This document shows positions 29,821 through 40,086 of a stretch of DNA of 64,000 nt, piece after piece. Each line of letters begins with the position of its first letter. Within the stretch, counting starts at the first letter, position 1. Source of the DNA: an uncultured archaeon (GTDB taxonomy: Archaea; Thermoproteota; Nitrososphaeria_A; Caldarchaeales; Wolframiiraptoraceae); NCBI GenBank assembly GCA_938083505.1, contig CALKCF010000007.1, forward strand, positions 46,056-110,055, given 5' to 3'. Position numbers and translations under genes: made by a program. Below the pieces are notes generated by a model. That model did no database searches. It saw nothing but the letters and a program-made list of their open reading frames with translations, and had not been told where the DNA came from.

Positions 29821-31389
29821 TCAACCCTTGTTGCTTACTCCCCTGACGTAAAAATCTTGACTCAGCTTTCTACCCGTGCGCCTCTCCCACTCAGGGATGG
29901 ATATGCCGTAATTCGCTTGTATGCTATCTCTGTATATCTCTGGCAATACGTTGAATGCGCAGAACGGAATGATGCGCCCGTCTGGCACGAGGTAATGAAT
30001 GCTACACCTCTTAACCCTCTCTATGTCATAGTTATACTTGTCTTGGAAGTGCATCATACCAATGAAGAGGCTTTTCTTATGCCACTCACCAACACTTTCG
30101 TAATCGTGCTTTACAAGTATCTCGAAGAGAACTCTAGAGATGTTCAGCCCAGCAGGCTTTTTGCTCTCATTTATGAAGCTTTTTATCTTCATGAGCATGC
30201 TGAGTCCTACTATATACTTGCTCTTCCCTTGCCTTATCTCCTCTGCCTTCTCAGAGATATAGTTGAGCAAACCTTCAACATCAACGAAGTCCGTTATTGG
30301 TATAAGCTTATCTCCGTCTTTAAAAACGTACGTTCCAGCACCACAAACAAAGTGTGGCGTCAACTCATATTTTGGCTTGAGTGTTAAGGCTTCTATGAAG
30401 TGCGTTACCGGTGTGCATGTAGGAACCGTGAACCAAGCATCGGCTGGTATCTGCCCATACGTTTGCTCCTCTATGAGACGGATACAATCGGGTATTGTTA
30501 TCCTGTACTTTTCCCTGTGTTTTTTTGGCATCAAACCAGTCAAAGAAACCGGCTGAAAGTTCACCGACCTGACTATATCGGCATTATTAAAACCGAACCT
30601 GATGATATCTCCTAGCTCATGGTCGTTAATAGACTTTATTATTGTAGGTACAAGAACGACGCCGATGTTGAGCTTCCTTGCGTTATCTAAGATTGCTGGT
30701 ATCTCCCAATGATTCTTCAGATTTGTCTCATGCGTTACACCGTCAAAGCTTAAGTAAAGTGTACTCAAACCAGCCTCCTTAACCCTTTTGAAGAACTCGA
30801 AGTCCTTGGCGAGTCTTATACCGTTCGTGTTAAGCTGAACATGGTCGATGCCGTGCTTTTTTATTATACGGACTATCTCCGGGAGATCATCCCTCAAACA
30901 CGGCTCCCCACCGGTCAATTGGACAGAGTTGCCTGCTACCGGCCTCTCCGCCCTAAGGACCCTTATCATTTCTTCTATCTGTTCCAATGTAGGTTCATAA
31001 ACATATCCTACCTTCTCGCTATAAAAGAAGCAGTACCAGCACCTAATGTCGCATCTGTTTGTCACAACAATGTTTGCGAGAGCTGTATGACTCAAATGCA
31101 GGTTACACAAACCACAATCCATTGGACAGATTGGCTCCTTGACTTGAACGTTTGGGTTCTCTATTCCCTTACCATTGTGTGCCCATTTACTAAACCTTCT
31201 GTACATATTCACATCGCCGAAATAGAGCTCCTCAACGTGACCATGTTCCGGACAGGATTTTCTCATTACGACCTTTCCATCAATTTCGACAAGATCTGCT
31301 GGTATTATCGCATTACATGTAGGGCAAATACTCTGAGTAGTGGTAATGACGTTGACGTCCCTATTTAAAGATTTAACTGTTTGAGTCAA
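29821..31389 (-). CDS. tes: Tetraether (GDGT) lipid synthase, radical SAM
   Basis: N-terminal CPTC..CPEHG and C..CGLC..H, CX3CX2C, C-terminal HFVCG, MHFQD, CSIHY, IPFC as in MJ0619 family. Confidence 0.88.
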   Translation of the reverse strand: MTQTVKSLNRDVNVITTTQSICPTCNAIIPADLVEIDGKVVMRKSCPEHGHVEELYFGDVNMYRRFSKWAHNGKGIENPNVQVKEPICPMDCGLCNLHLSHTALANIVVTNRCDIRCWYCFFYSEKVGYVYEPTLEQIEEMIRVLRAERPVAGNSVQLTGGEPCLRDDLPEIVRIIKKHGIDHVQLNTNGIRLAKDFEFFKRVKEAGLSTLYLSFDGVTHETNLKNHWEIPAILDNARKLNIGVVLVPTIIKSINDHELGDIIRFGFNNADIVRSVNFQPVSLTGLMPKKHREKYRITIPDCIRLIEEQTYGQIPADAWFTVPTCTPVTHFIEALTLKPKYELTPHFVCGAGTYVFKDGDKLIPITDFVDVEGLLNYISEKAEEIRQGKSKYIVGLSMLMKIKSFINESKKPAGLNISRVLFEILVKHDYESVGEWHKKSLFIGMMHFQDKYNYDIERVKRCSIHYLVPDGRIIPFCAFNVLPEIYRDSIQANYGISIPEWERRTGRKLSQDFYVRGVSNKG

Positions 31390-31632
31390 GAAATAGCACC
31401 GAACTTATTGCATAAAAACCTCTTGCAATTTTTAAACGTTTCTAACCAAATACATGGATGAGTGGTGTTACTGTTTTCCACACGTATTATTGTTTTAAAG
31501 TAACATTATAACAACATTTACGTTAACTACCCGTCAAAATTCTGCGAGTTAGTGGTTAAAGGCTTCTTATACATCGCAACCTTATCTTTAAATTTTAGAA
31601 CAAACGTCATAAGTTTGAGGGAACACACAGCT

Positions 31633-32316
31633 TTGTCAGAGAAAATAGAGGTAATAGTGCCTGAGGAGGGCGAGGTTTTCGACATAGAACTCGAGGAAGA
31701 CTTACTTGAGGCGAATAGAAGAATAGCTGAAGAAAATAAGCAACTTTTAGAAAAGCACGGCGTAAGGGCAATCGATGTAATGGGCTCGGTCGGTTCGGGG
31801 AAGACGACGCTTATTGAGAAGTTAATAGCTCTACTAAAGGACAAGCATAGAATTGCTGTATTCGGTGGCGATGTTACAACGACAATAGACGCCGAAAGAT
31901 TAAGGAAGTCTGGTGCTAAGACGCTACAGATAAACACCGGCAAAGAATGTCACCTTGATGCCAACCTTGTGAGAAAGGCACTGAACAAAATGGACCTGAA
32001 TAACATTGACGTGCTTTTTATAGAAAATGTCGGAAATCTGATATGTCCAGCTGAATTCCCACTCGGAACAGACAGCAGGGTGGTCGTCATAAGCGTGACT
32101 GAGGGCCCTTACACACCATTGAAGCATCCTTACATATTCATGGAGGCGGATGTTGCTGTTATCAATAAGATAGATTTAGCAGAAGCTATGGGTGTGGACG
32201 TTGATGAGCTGGAGGCTAAGATAAGAAAAGTTTCTCCAGACATCGTGGTCGTTAAGACGAGTTGCAAAACCGGTGAAGGTATAGAAAAAGTGGCCAAAGC
32301 GCTAGGTCTGTTGTAG
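31633..32316 (+). CDS. hypB: Hydrogenase nickel incorporation GTPase
   Basis: GSGKT, TGKECHLDA, ENVGNLICPA, NKID; TTG start at 31633 follows an SD-like GAGGGA. Confidence 0.95.
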   Translation: MSEKIEVIVPEEGEVFDIELEEDLLEANRRIAEENKQLLEKHGVRAIDVMGSVGSGKTTLIEKLIALLKDKHRIAVFGGDVTTTIDAERLRKSGAKTLQINTGKECHLDANLVRKALNKMDLNNIDVLFIENVGNLICPAEFPLGTDSRVVVISVTEGPYTPLKHPYIFMEADVAVINKIDLAEAMGVDVDELEAKIRKVSPDIVVVKTSCKTGEGIEKVAKALGLL

Positions 32317-32318
32317 AA

Positions 32319-32690
32319 ATGCACGAGTTCTCCATAATGTCGCAGCTTGTGGAGAGAGTGGTTGAGGAAGCCAGAAAAAGAAATGCAAAGAGGGTTATAG
32401 AGGTTGAGCTATACGTTGGCCAACTATCCTTCCTTAATTCAGAACAGATGCGCTTTGCATACAGTGTGCTTTCCAAGGGTACGATCCTAGAAAATTCTCA
32501 TTTAATCATTAACATAATAGATGCTCGCGTTAAGTGTGAAGTCTGTGGGTTTGATGGTAAGCCAGACTACATCGATGATGCCTCTTATCACGTTTCAGCA
32601 CCCCTCTTCTTATGTCCTGTATGCGGTAGCCCTGTAGAGGTTCTAGAGGGGAGGGGTTGCATTATAAGAAGGGTGAAACTCGAGATTTAG
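32319..32690 (+). CDS. hypA: Hydrogenase nickel metallochaperone
   Basis: MHE start, CEVC and CPVC. Confidence 0.96.
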   Translation: MHEFSIMSQLVERVVEEARKRNAKRVIEVELYVGQLSFLNSEQMRFAYSVLSKGTILENSHLIINIIDARVKCEVCGFDGKPDYIDDASYHVSAPLFLCPVCGSPVEVLEGRGCIIRRVKLEI

Positions 32691-32737
32691 GTATTATGAG
32701 TAGAGTTTATTAGTTAGAGCAGCGCAATTTTATAAAA

Positions 32738-32953
32738 ATGTGTTTGGCAGTACCTGCAAAGGTTGTAGAAAAAGTCGGCAATGTAGCTAAGGTAGATTTT
32801 GGCGATAATACACTTAGAGAGGTAGACGTGTCGCTCGTAGACGTTTCCGTAGGACAATACGTGCTTGTTCACGCAGGCTATGCCATACAGGTGCTTGACG
32901 AAGATGAGGCGCTCAAGACGATAGAGCTATTGTCAGAGATACTTAGCGAATAG
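32738..32953 (+). CDS. hypC: Hydrogenase maturation chaperone
   Basis: MCLAVP, YVLVHAGYA. Confidence 0.97.
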   Translation: MCLAVPAKVVEKVGNVAKVDFGDNTLREVDVSLVDVSVGQYVLVHAGYAIQVLDEDEALKTIELLSEILSE

Positions 32954-32977
32954 TGGTTACGTCATTGGTGACGTTAT

Positions 32978-34063
32978 TTGAGTTTTTTGAAGGAACTCAG
33001 GAATAGGGAGTTAGCATATGCGCTTGTGCGCAAAATTAAGGAGGTCTTCCCAAAGAAACCGATTAAGATATGTCATGTATGCGGCACGCACGAATGGACA
33101 ATAGTCCATTATGGTTTACGTTCACTTCTTCCAGATAATATAGAGCTTATTGCCGGGCCTGGTTGTCCTGTATGCATAACCCCTGCGTTGGACATAGACC
33201 AAGCCGCCGAGCTAGCACTCGAGGGCAAGACTGTTACAGTATTCGGGGACGTGTCAAGATCAGTTGGCGTCAAATACTCCTTAGAGGCTGTGAGGTCAGA
33301 AGGTGGTAACGTGAAGATCGTTTATAGCATACTCGACGCTCTAAAGATAGCTAAATCGGACAAAAGCAAGGAGGTCGTATTCTTCGCAGTAGGGTTCGAG
33401 ACTACTGCTCCACTCACCGCATTGCACATACTTCGGACACCACCAAAAAACTTCTCGATACTCAGCTCGCATAGATACGTGCCACCCGCAGTCATCACCC
33501 TTTACTCCCGTGGTAAGCTGGAAATGGATGGTGTAATAGCGCCAGGTCATGCCACGACGATAAGCGGCTTGAAGACTTACGAGCCCTTAGCTAAAGAGCA
33601 CGGCATTCCCGTCGTTGCCTCCGGTTTCGAGCCTGTGGACGTTCTAATGTCCATAATCATGTTAGTTAAGCAGATATCAGAAGGCAAGGCAGAAGTACTG
33701 AACCAGTATTCAAGGTCTGTTACATGGGAAGGCAATGTTAAGGCGATGCAGACGATTAACCGCGTCTTTGAACTAACTGACGCTCATTGGAGGGGCATAG
33801 GTACGATAGAGCACACGGGCTTCGTCTTGAGGAAGGAGTTTAAGGATTACGATGCAAGATACAAGTACGGCCTGAAGAACGTGAACTATGCCAGCGAGAT
33901 GCATCCAGGATGCAGGTGCGCTGAGATTATGCTTGGAAAGATTAAACCTACGCAGTGCCCACTTTACATGAAAGTATGTAAGCCAAGTAAGCCCGTCGGG
34001 CCGTGTATGGTCTCAATCGAAGGCACGTGTAGAATTTGGGCAACTCATATTGCATTCTCATAA
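32978..34063 (+). CDS. hypD: Hydrogenase maturation protein
   Basis: CGTH, GPGCPVC, GFETT, PGH, GPCMVS.EGTC. Confidence 0.97.
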   Translation: MSFLKELRNRELAYALVRKIKEVFPKKPIKICHVCGTHEWTIVHYGLRSLLPDNIELIAGPGCPVCITPALDIDQAAELALEGKTVTVFGDVSRSVGVKYSLEAVRSEGGNVKIVYSILDALKIAKSDKSKEVVFFAVGFETTAPLTALHILRTPPKNFSILSSHRYVPPAVITLYSRGKLEMDGVIAPGHATTISGLKTYEPLAKEHGIPVVASGFEPVDVLMSIIMLVKQISEGKAEVLNQYSRSVTWEGNVKAMQTINRVFELTDAHWRGIGTIEHTGFVLRKEFKDYDARYKYGLKNVNYASEMHPGCRCAEIMLGKIKPTQCPLYMKVCKPSKPVGPCMVSIEGTCRIWATHIAFS

Positions 34064-34105
34064 CGCATTGAAAAGTTATATACAAAAGTTATTAGACTAT
34101 AATTT

Positions 34106-35221
34106 ATGAATACACGACAAGAATCGCCAGATTACGTAAGAATAAGCCTTGCCGCAGCCATGACCTTAGGGTTGGTGAATGGTACGTTCTTCAGGGGTGC
34201 AACCCTTTATTGCGTTAACCTCCTCTTAACGTACAGTGATGGGTGTATAGGAAGGTGCGCATACTGTGGGCTTTCTAGAAGCAGGGCTTTAGAGAAAGAC
34301 TGGACTGACTACAGCTTCATACGCGTTAATTGGCCGATGGTTAGCTTAGATGAGGTCATTGAAAGGATGGATTCATGTCCGCATGTTGAAAGGGTTTGCA
34401 TCTCGATGGTGACGAATCGCAGGGCACCTAAGGACTGTCTAACTGTCGTCAAGAGATTGCGTGAAAAAACGGACTCGATATCCTGCCTGATAACGCCGAC
34501 AATAATAGACCGTAACTGGCTTGAAGAAATGAAGAGGGCAGGAGCCGATAAGATAGGTATAGCGATAGATGCTGCGACACCAGAGCTTTTCGATAAGCTC
34601 AGGGGTAGATGGGTTGGAGGGCCTCACCGCTGGGAGAAATACTGGAATACAGTCAAAGAGGCTGTAGAAGTATTCGGTAGGTATAATGTCGGTATTCACT
34701 TGATAGTTGGCCTTGGTGAGACAGAAGAGGAGATGGTCAAGTGCATACAAGCAGCTTACGATATTGGCGCATTAACACATCTCTTTTCATTCTTCCCGGA
34801 GGATGGGTCAGTTATGGAAAGGCACCCCCAACCTCCAATCGGACAATATAGGCGCATACAACTTGCCCGTTACTTGATCAATAAGGGTCTAGCGGTCGTT
34901 GACGGCATGCGTTTTGACAGCTCTGGAAGATTGATAGATTTCGGCTTAGAAAAAGATGTGCTCGATGAGGTGATAGAGAGCGGACTTCCGTTTATGACGT
35001 CAGGATGTGCTAGCAAGAAAAGGGATAATGCGTGCAATAGACCCTTCTCGGACTATACACCATACCACGCCCTAATCGGTGAGATGCGCAATTATCCCTT
35101 CGTACCAACAAAGGATGACATTAAACTGATAAGAAGACAGCTACAGGATTATTCAAACATTCCAGTCAAAGTATGGGTGGAAGGGCTAGAAAGTCTATTA
35201 GGTTGTATTGAACATATTTAG
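34106..35221 (+). CDS. lipS2: Radical SAM lipoyl synthase component LipS2
   Basis: CIGRCAYC plus C-terminal TSGC..CNRP, matching the LipS2 TxGC..C(N/D)RP motif. Confidence 0.8.
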   Translation: MNTRQESPDYVRISLAAAMTLGLVNGTFFRGATLYCVNLLLTYSDGCIGRCAYCGLSRSRALEKDWTDYSFIRVNWPMVSLDEVIERMDSCPHVERVCISMVTNRRAPKDCLTVVKRLREKTDSISCLITPTIIDRNWLEEMKRAGADKIGIAIDAATPELFDKLRGRWVGGPHRWEKYWNTVKEAVEVFGRYNVGIHLIVGLGETEEEMVKCIQAAYDIGALTHLFSFFPEDGSVMERHPQPPIGQYRRIQLARYLINKGLAVVDGMRFDSSGRLIDFGLEKDVLDEVIESGLPFMTSGCASKKRDNACNRPFSDYTPYHALIGEMRNYPFVPTKDDIKLIRRQLQDYSNIPVKVWVEGLESLLGCIEHI

Positions 35222-35250
35222 GTTAGGCGAATAACATCACTGGTGGTTGA

Positions 35251-36243
35251 ATGGATCAGTGCTTTGGCCTAAAATTTGACGAGCTTAAACCATTGATAGA
35301 AAAAGCGTGGACGATGACGCGTACAAACTTCCCAGAAGAGGTCCATTTCTACTTTCCGGACATGGTGTACATTGAAACATCGTTCTATAGACCCACAAAT
35401 GTTTTTCGCTTCCCTGGAATATCGATAACTGGCACAGTCTGCAGATTACAATGTGATCATTGTAAGGGTGCGCTCTTGAAGAGTATGCTTCATGTAACCA
35501 CACCCGATGCCTTATTTGATGTATGCTTTAGGGTAAAAGAGGCCGGTGGTGTTGGTTGCCTTGTGACTGGCGGTAGCCTTGAAGATGGAAGCGTTCCAAT
35601 AAAGAAATTCATACCTGTGTTAAAGAGGATAAAAGATGAGCTAGGACTTCATGTAGTAGTACACACAGGCTTGGTTGACGAGGAACTTGCTGAAGGTCTG
35701 GCTTATGCTGAAATTGATGCTGTTATGATAGATATAGTAGGCTCTGATGAAACTATAAATGGTGTGCTGAAGTTAAATAAAACAGTTGCAGACTACGAAA
35801 GGTCTTTGAAAAATCTGAAGAAATATGATGTACCTATGGTGCCGCATATAGTTGCTGGCATACATTACGGTCAGATTCTGGGCGAGAAGAAAGCCGTAGA
35901 GATCGTTTCTAAATATAGACCAGAGGCTCTTGTGATAGTTGCTTTGATGCCTCTTGCCAACACACCTATGGAAAACGTCTCCCCTCTTAGCCCGATAGAT
36001 GTCATACGTGTAATTCTTTTTGCTAGGTTTTTAATGCCAAATATTCCTATAACATTAGGCTGCGCCAGGCCAAGAGGTGCGTTAAGGTCTGCGACAGATG
36101 TTTTGGCATTAAAGGCTGGAGTTAACGCCATCGCCTATCCTAGCGAAGAAGCTTACAAGTTTGCAAGAAGACTAGGTCTGAACGTCGTCGTCCATGAGAG
36201 TTGTTGCTCATTGATCTATCGGAATATTGCTTTGAAGGTGTAG
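35251..36243 (+). CDS. lipS1: Radical SAM lipoyl synthase component LipS1
   Basis: SITG..CRLQCDHC, LGCARP and terminal CC, matching the LipS1 GC(M/A)R and CC motifs. Confidence 0.82.
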   Translation: MDQCFGLKFDELKPLIEKAWTMTRTNFPEEVHFYFPDMVYIETSFYRPTNVFRFPGISITGTVCRLQCDHCKGALLKSMLHVTTPDALFDVCFRVKEAGGVGCLVTGGSLEDGSVPIKKFIPVLKRIKDELGLHVVVHTGLVDEELAEGLAYAEIDAVMIDIVGSDETINGVLKLNKTVADYERSLKNLKKYDVPMVPHIVAGIHYGQILGEKKAVEIVSKYRPEALVIVALMPLANTPMENVSPLSPIDVIRVILFARFLMPNIPITLGCARPRGALRSATDVLALKAGVNAIAYPSEEAYKFARRLGLNVVVHESCCSLIYRNIALKV

Positions 36244-36247
36244 TGCA

Positions 36248-37828
36248 TTGCGTCAGTGGAGGCTTATTGATACGGGTCTTAGACCTGCATCTGAGAATAT
36301 GACACTTGATGATGTGATATTGGAATGTAAAGCAAGGAACTTGGTGCCAGATACTGTAAGATTTCTGAGGTTCAGTCCACCAGCGGCCCTCGTTGGGTAT
36401 CACCAAGACGTCTATCAAGAGGTCCGATTGGAGTATGCTAAAGAGAACGGAATAGATGTTAACAGGAGGCTAACAGGAGGTGGTGCTATATACTTTGATA
36501 GCTCTACTATTGGATGGGAGGTGATAGCATCAAAGCGATCACTATGCACGAACTACTCCTTAGAATGGATCTTCAAGACGGTGTGCGAGTGTGTCGTAAA
36601 TGCCCTAAAAGAGTTTGGTTTAGACGCTTGCTTCCGACCTAGGAACGACATAGAGATAAATGGCAGGAAGATATCGGGTACGGGTGGTGTTGAGAGAGGG
36701 GATGCTTTTCTCTTCCAAGGTACACTTCTTGTAGACTTTGATGTCGAGACCATGATAAAGGTTCTAAAGATTCCGATAATAAAACTCAAGGGTAAGGAGC
36801 TCGAATCAGTGAAGAGGAGGGTAACCTGCCTTAAGTGGGAGTTAGGTTATACGCCAGATTATGAGGAGATCAGGAACGCATTAATCAAAGGTTTCAAAGA
36901 AGTTCTTAACATAGAACTCAAATTTGGTGACCTTACTGATTATGAGTTAGAACTTTTTGAAAAAAGTTTACCATGGTTTAGTTCTGAAGAATGGGTGTTC
37001 ATGGATAGACGTTCACCAAAAGGTTCTACTATAGTGCATGCGGTTGATAAGAAGCCAGGTGGTGTCATTCGTGTATCATTGAATGTAGATAAGGATACAA
37101 ACGTTATAAAAAGTGTGCTAATAACAGGTGATTTTTTTATATTCCCACAAAGAGCAATCATGGATCTGGAGGCTGCTCTTAAGTTCATCCCGGCAGATGC
37201 TGATAAGATAAGGGAAATAATTCACAGGGTATTTGAGGAAAAACAGGTTAGGACGCTCAGCTTAACTGAAGGTGACTTCGTGGAGCTTATACTCGAGGCC
37301 TTAGAGAAAACTGAGCTTGAATCTTACGGCATAGATGCTGATGAAATTAACAATATATATCCAATAACAAATGATGTCAAGTCAACATTGAAGAACGGTT
37401 TTGATTATATGCTGTTACCATACTGCTCTAAAATGGTGTCATGTATGTATAGAAAAATTGATGGGTGTATAAAATGTGGTGAGTGTACAGTTGGTGAGGC
37501 ATACCGTTTAGCAGAAGAATTTGGTCTAAAGCCCATAACAATTCATAACTTTGAACACCTAATAGAGGTTTTGAAGGTGATGAAGGTTAAAGGTGCAAGG
37601 GGCTTTATTGGGTGCTGTTGTGAAGCATTCTATGTAAAACATCGTGACGAGATGAGAGAGGTGGGTGTGCCAGGGATAATAATAGATATCGAGGACAAAA
37701 CTTGCTATGACTTGGGAAAGGCAGAAGAGGCATATAGGGGCAACTTCGAGGCCCAGACTAGACTGAATCTGCCCCTCATCAAGAAGATCTTGGTAGCATC
37801 CTTAAAAATGGGTGGTAAAAATGCATAA
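36248..37828 (+). CDS. Lipoate:protein ligase (catalytic plus accessory domain) with C-terminal Cys-rich DUF116-like domain
   Basis: RRLTGGGAIY, NDI, KISGTG, QGTL; ITGDFF accessory domain; PYC..C..C..CG.C..GCCC tail. Confidence 0.88.
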   Translation: MRQWRLIDTGLRPASENMTLDDVILECKARNLVPDTVRFLRFSPPAALVGYHQDVYQEVRLEYAKENGIDVNRRLTGGGAIYFDSSTIGWEVIASKRSLCTNYSLEWIFKTVCECVVNALKEFGLDACFRPRNDIEINGRKISGTGGVERGDAFLFQGTLLVDFDVETMIKVLKIPIIKLKGKELESVKRRVTCLKWELGYTPDYEEIRNALIKGFKEVLNIELKFGDLTDYELELFEKSLPWFSSEEWVFMDRRSPKGSTIVHAVDKKPGGVIRVSLNVDKDTNVIKSVLITGDFFIFPQRAIMDLEAALKFIPADADKIREIIHRVFEEKQVRTLSLTEGDFVELILEALEKTELESYGIDADEINNIYPITNDVKSTLKNGFDYMLLPYCSKMVSCMYRKIDGCIKCGECTVGEAYRLAEEFGLKPITIHNFEHLIEVLKVMKVKGARGFIGCCCEAFYVKHRDEMREVGVPGIIIDIEDKTCYDLGKAEEAYRGNFEAQTRLNLPLIKKILVASLKMGGKNA

Positions 37829-38891
37829 GTTTGACGTGATAGTGGTTGGTGGTGGCCCTGCAGGTACTGCGTGTGCGATCAGATGTGCTAAAATGGGATT
37901 CAGGACAATGTTATTGGAAAAATCAACAAGTTACAGAAAGAAATTCTGCGGCGGCGTCACACCAACCGTAACAAGAAATTTGATAGAATTCGAGCTAGGG
38001 TTGAGAATACCTCAATCGGTGCTGTCTGTCCCAGAAAGTTTAGGACTTTTCTACGTACCTCCCAGTGGGAAGTGCAACGGTGGTACAATGAAGAATTATA
38101 AATTACTTAATTTGCGTAGGGTTGACTTTGACGAATGGTTAAGGGAAGAGGTTAAGACACATAACGTCGACCTTTTATACCGTGCAGAATTTCTCGAGTT
38201 GAAGTTAGGAAAGGATAACCTGTTAAAGGTGAATGTGAATGGTAGTCTGGAGGTCTTTGAAGCTACTTATGTGGTTGGTGCTGACGGGGCTATTTCAAAA
38301 GTTCGTTCTTGCCTGTTTCCAAACTATAGGTCTAAAATACTCACTGTTGTACAAGAAGTTTGGGAGGGGGAAGGAGACTTTAAAGATAATTTTTACATAA
38401 TTCTTAACAGCAAAATCGTGCCAACTTATGGTTACGTAATTCCTAAAGACGGAAAAATTCTTGTAGGTTTTGGCTTTGAAAGTGGAAGGATTAACTTGCA
38501 GCTTTGTATGACCAAACTTTTGAGTTTACTAAAAGATGAGTTTTCGTTCAAACCTGTGGAGATGAGTGCAAGAGAAATCGCACCCGTACCGTTCGCTATT
38601 TCACCTATAGGTCTCGAGAATGTCGTACTCGTTGGAGATGCCTGTGGGTTATGTAACCCCTTCTCAGGAGAAGGTATAAGATTTGCGATCGAGAGTGGTG
38701 TGGCCGCTGCGGAATCTATTAAGATATCACAAGAAGAGAACGCAAAGTTGACATCGGTTTATGAATCAAAAATAGATGGGTTAAGGGATTTTTTGCTCAG
38801 AATGTATGCATTCGTAAACGAGCTTGATGATGAAAAGAGAGAGGATTTCGTCAGGAAGGAACTGTCACGCCTTAACGTATTCGGTATATAA
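37821..38891 (+). CDS. FAD-dependent oxidoreductase of the geranylgeranyl reductase family; LipT-like by context
   Basis: GGGPAG, CGG, GADG, VGDACG..NPFSGEGI; overlaps the ligase stop. Confidence 0.75.
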   Translation: MHKFDVIVVGGGPAGTACAIRCAKMGFRTMLLEKSTSYRKKFCGGVTPTVTRNLIEFELGLRIPQSVLSVPESLGLFYVPPSGKCNGGTMKNYKLLNLRRVDFDEWLREEVKTHNVDLLYRAEFLELKLGKDNLLKVNVNGSLEVFEATYVVGADGAISKVRSCLFPNYRSKILTVVQEVWEGEGDFKDNFYIILNSKIVPTYGYVIPKDGKILVGFGFESGRINLQLCMTKLLSLLKDEFSFKPVEMSAREIAPVPFAISPIGLENVVLVGDACGLCNPFSGEGIRFAIESGVAAAESIKISQEENAKLTSVYESKIDGLRDFLLRMYAFVNELDDEKREDFVRKELSRLNVFGI

Positions 38892-38892
38892 C

Positions 38893-39939
38893 TCAGCAAA
38901 TCCTCGGAACCGGGTCACCGATCGGTGGGGGTAGGAGCCTCCTACCCCCTATTACCGTCTCAAGTACAACATGTTCGTACTTATCGGTGGCCTCACCTAT
39001 TATCTCGGCATCCTTACCTTCTGGCGTCTCGCGTATGGCTTCTAATACTGCCTCGGCCATTTGAGGCACCACAGCGATTATAACTTTTCCTTCGTTTCCT
39101 ACCTCAAGCGGATCTATGCCCAGCATCTCGCAAGCAGCTCTAACACCTTCCCTTATCGGTATTTTCTCTTCTTTTATGTAAATTCCGACTCCTGACTTTT
39201 GAGACCATTCATTAAGAGCATTTGATAGGCCGCCCCTTGTCGGGTCCTTCATAGCAACAATTCCGCCAACCTCTAAAGCCCTCTTTATCATTTTGTTAAG
39301 GGGTGCGACGTCAGACTTTACGAGAGTATCGAACCCGTAACCCTCCCTCGAGGAAAGTACGGCTATGCCGTGATCGCCGATAGTCCCAGAAACTATTATC
39401 TTGTCACCCGGCCTGACGTTAGAATCAAGTAACCATCTTGTCTCTATGTTCCTGTAACGCTTAACGACACTAAGATTGTGGTCTAATGCTGCCTGCCTCC
39501 TTCCGATACCGGACGAGTTTATGATGAATTTGTCTAAAGCACCCCTTTCCACAACTTTTGTGTCGCCGGTTGCTACAAATACGTCGGCTTCTATGCAAGT
39601 CTGTCTTATGCTTAAAATTATGCTCTCAAAATCTGACAGCGAAAACCCCTCCTCTAAAACAAAACCCATCGCGAGCGCAACGGGCTCTGCCCCCAGCACA
39701 GATATGTCGTTTACTGTTCCTGAGACCGCCAACCTCCCTATATCGCCGCCTGGAAAGAATAACGGCTTAACAGTATAAGAATCTGACTTTATTACAGTAT
39801 CATTCACAACGGCGGCATCGTCCAGCGCCTCTAAGGGTACTTCAGCATTCCCCCATGCAAGGTTCTTGATTATGAAGTCCTTAATCAGAGACTGCATCAC
39901 GACGCCCCCTGCACCATGAGCCATCGTTATCCTATCCAA
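38893..39939 (-). CDS. hypE: Hydrogenase maturation carbamoyl dehydratase
   Basis: HGAGG, GTVND, TGDTKV, DPTRGG, C-terminal PRIC. Confidence 0.97.
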   Translation of the reverse strand: MDRITMAHGAGGVVMQSLIKDFIIKNLAWGNAEVPLEALDDAAVVNDTVIKSDSYTVKPLFFPGGDIGRLAVSGTVNDISVLGAEPVALAMGFVLEEGFSLSDFESIILSIRQTCIEADVFVATGDTKVVERGALDKFIINSSGIGRRQAALDHNLSVVKRYRNIETRWLLDSNVRPGDKIIVSGTIGDHGIAVLSSREGYGFDTLVKSDVAPLNKMIKRALEVGGIVAMKDPTRGGLSNALNEWSQKSGVGIYIKEEKIPIREGVRAACEMLGIDPLEVGNEGKVIIAVVPQMAEAVLEAIRETPEGKDAEIIGEATDKYEHVVLETVIGGRRLLPPPIGDPVPRIC

Positions 39940-40086
39940 AGGGCATCAACCTCCCTGTGTTAACATAAACAACACTACTATTTTATTTCATACATAGGCA
40001 AGGTCGAAATCTTTAAAGCACCCTCTTGCTACCTAGTTTTATTTTATTTTGTATATACGAGCATAATACGGAATGCGTCAATTAAA

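Noticed and set aside
29821-31633. tes divergent from hypB as part of the redox island
   Set aside because: Tes is a core lipid gene; adjacency alone gives no functional link
37821-38891. True geranylgeranyl reductase for lipid synthesis
   Set aside because: Lacks the YxWxFP motif (has YGYVIP) and is coupled to lipoate genes; LipT-like role preferred but unproven
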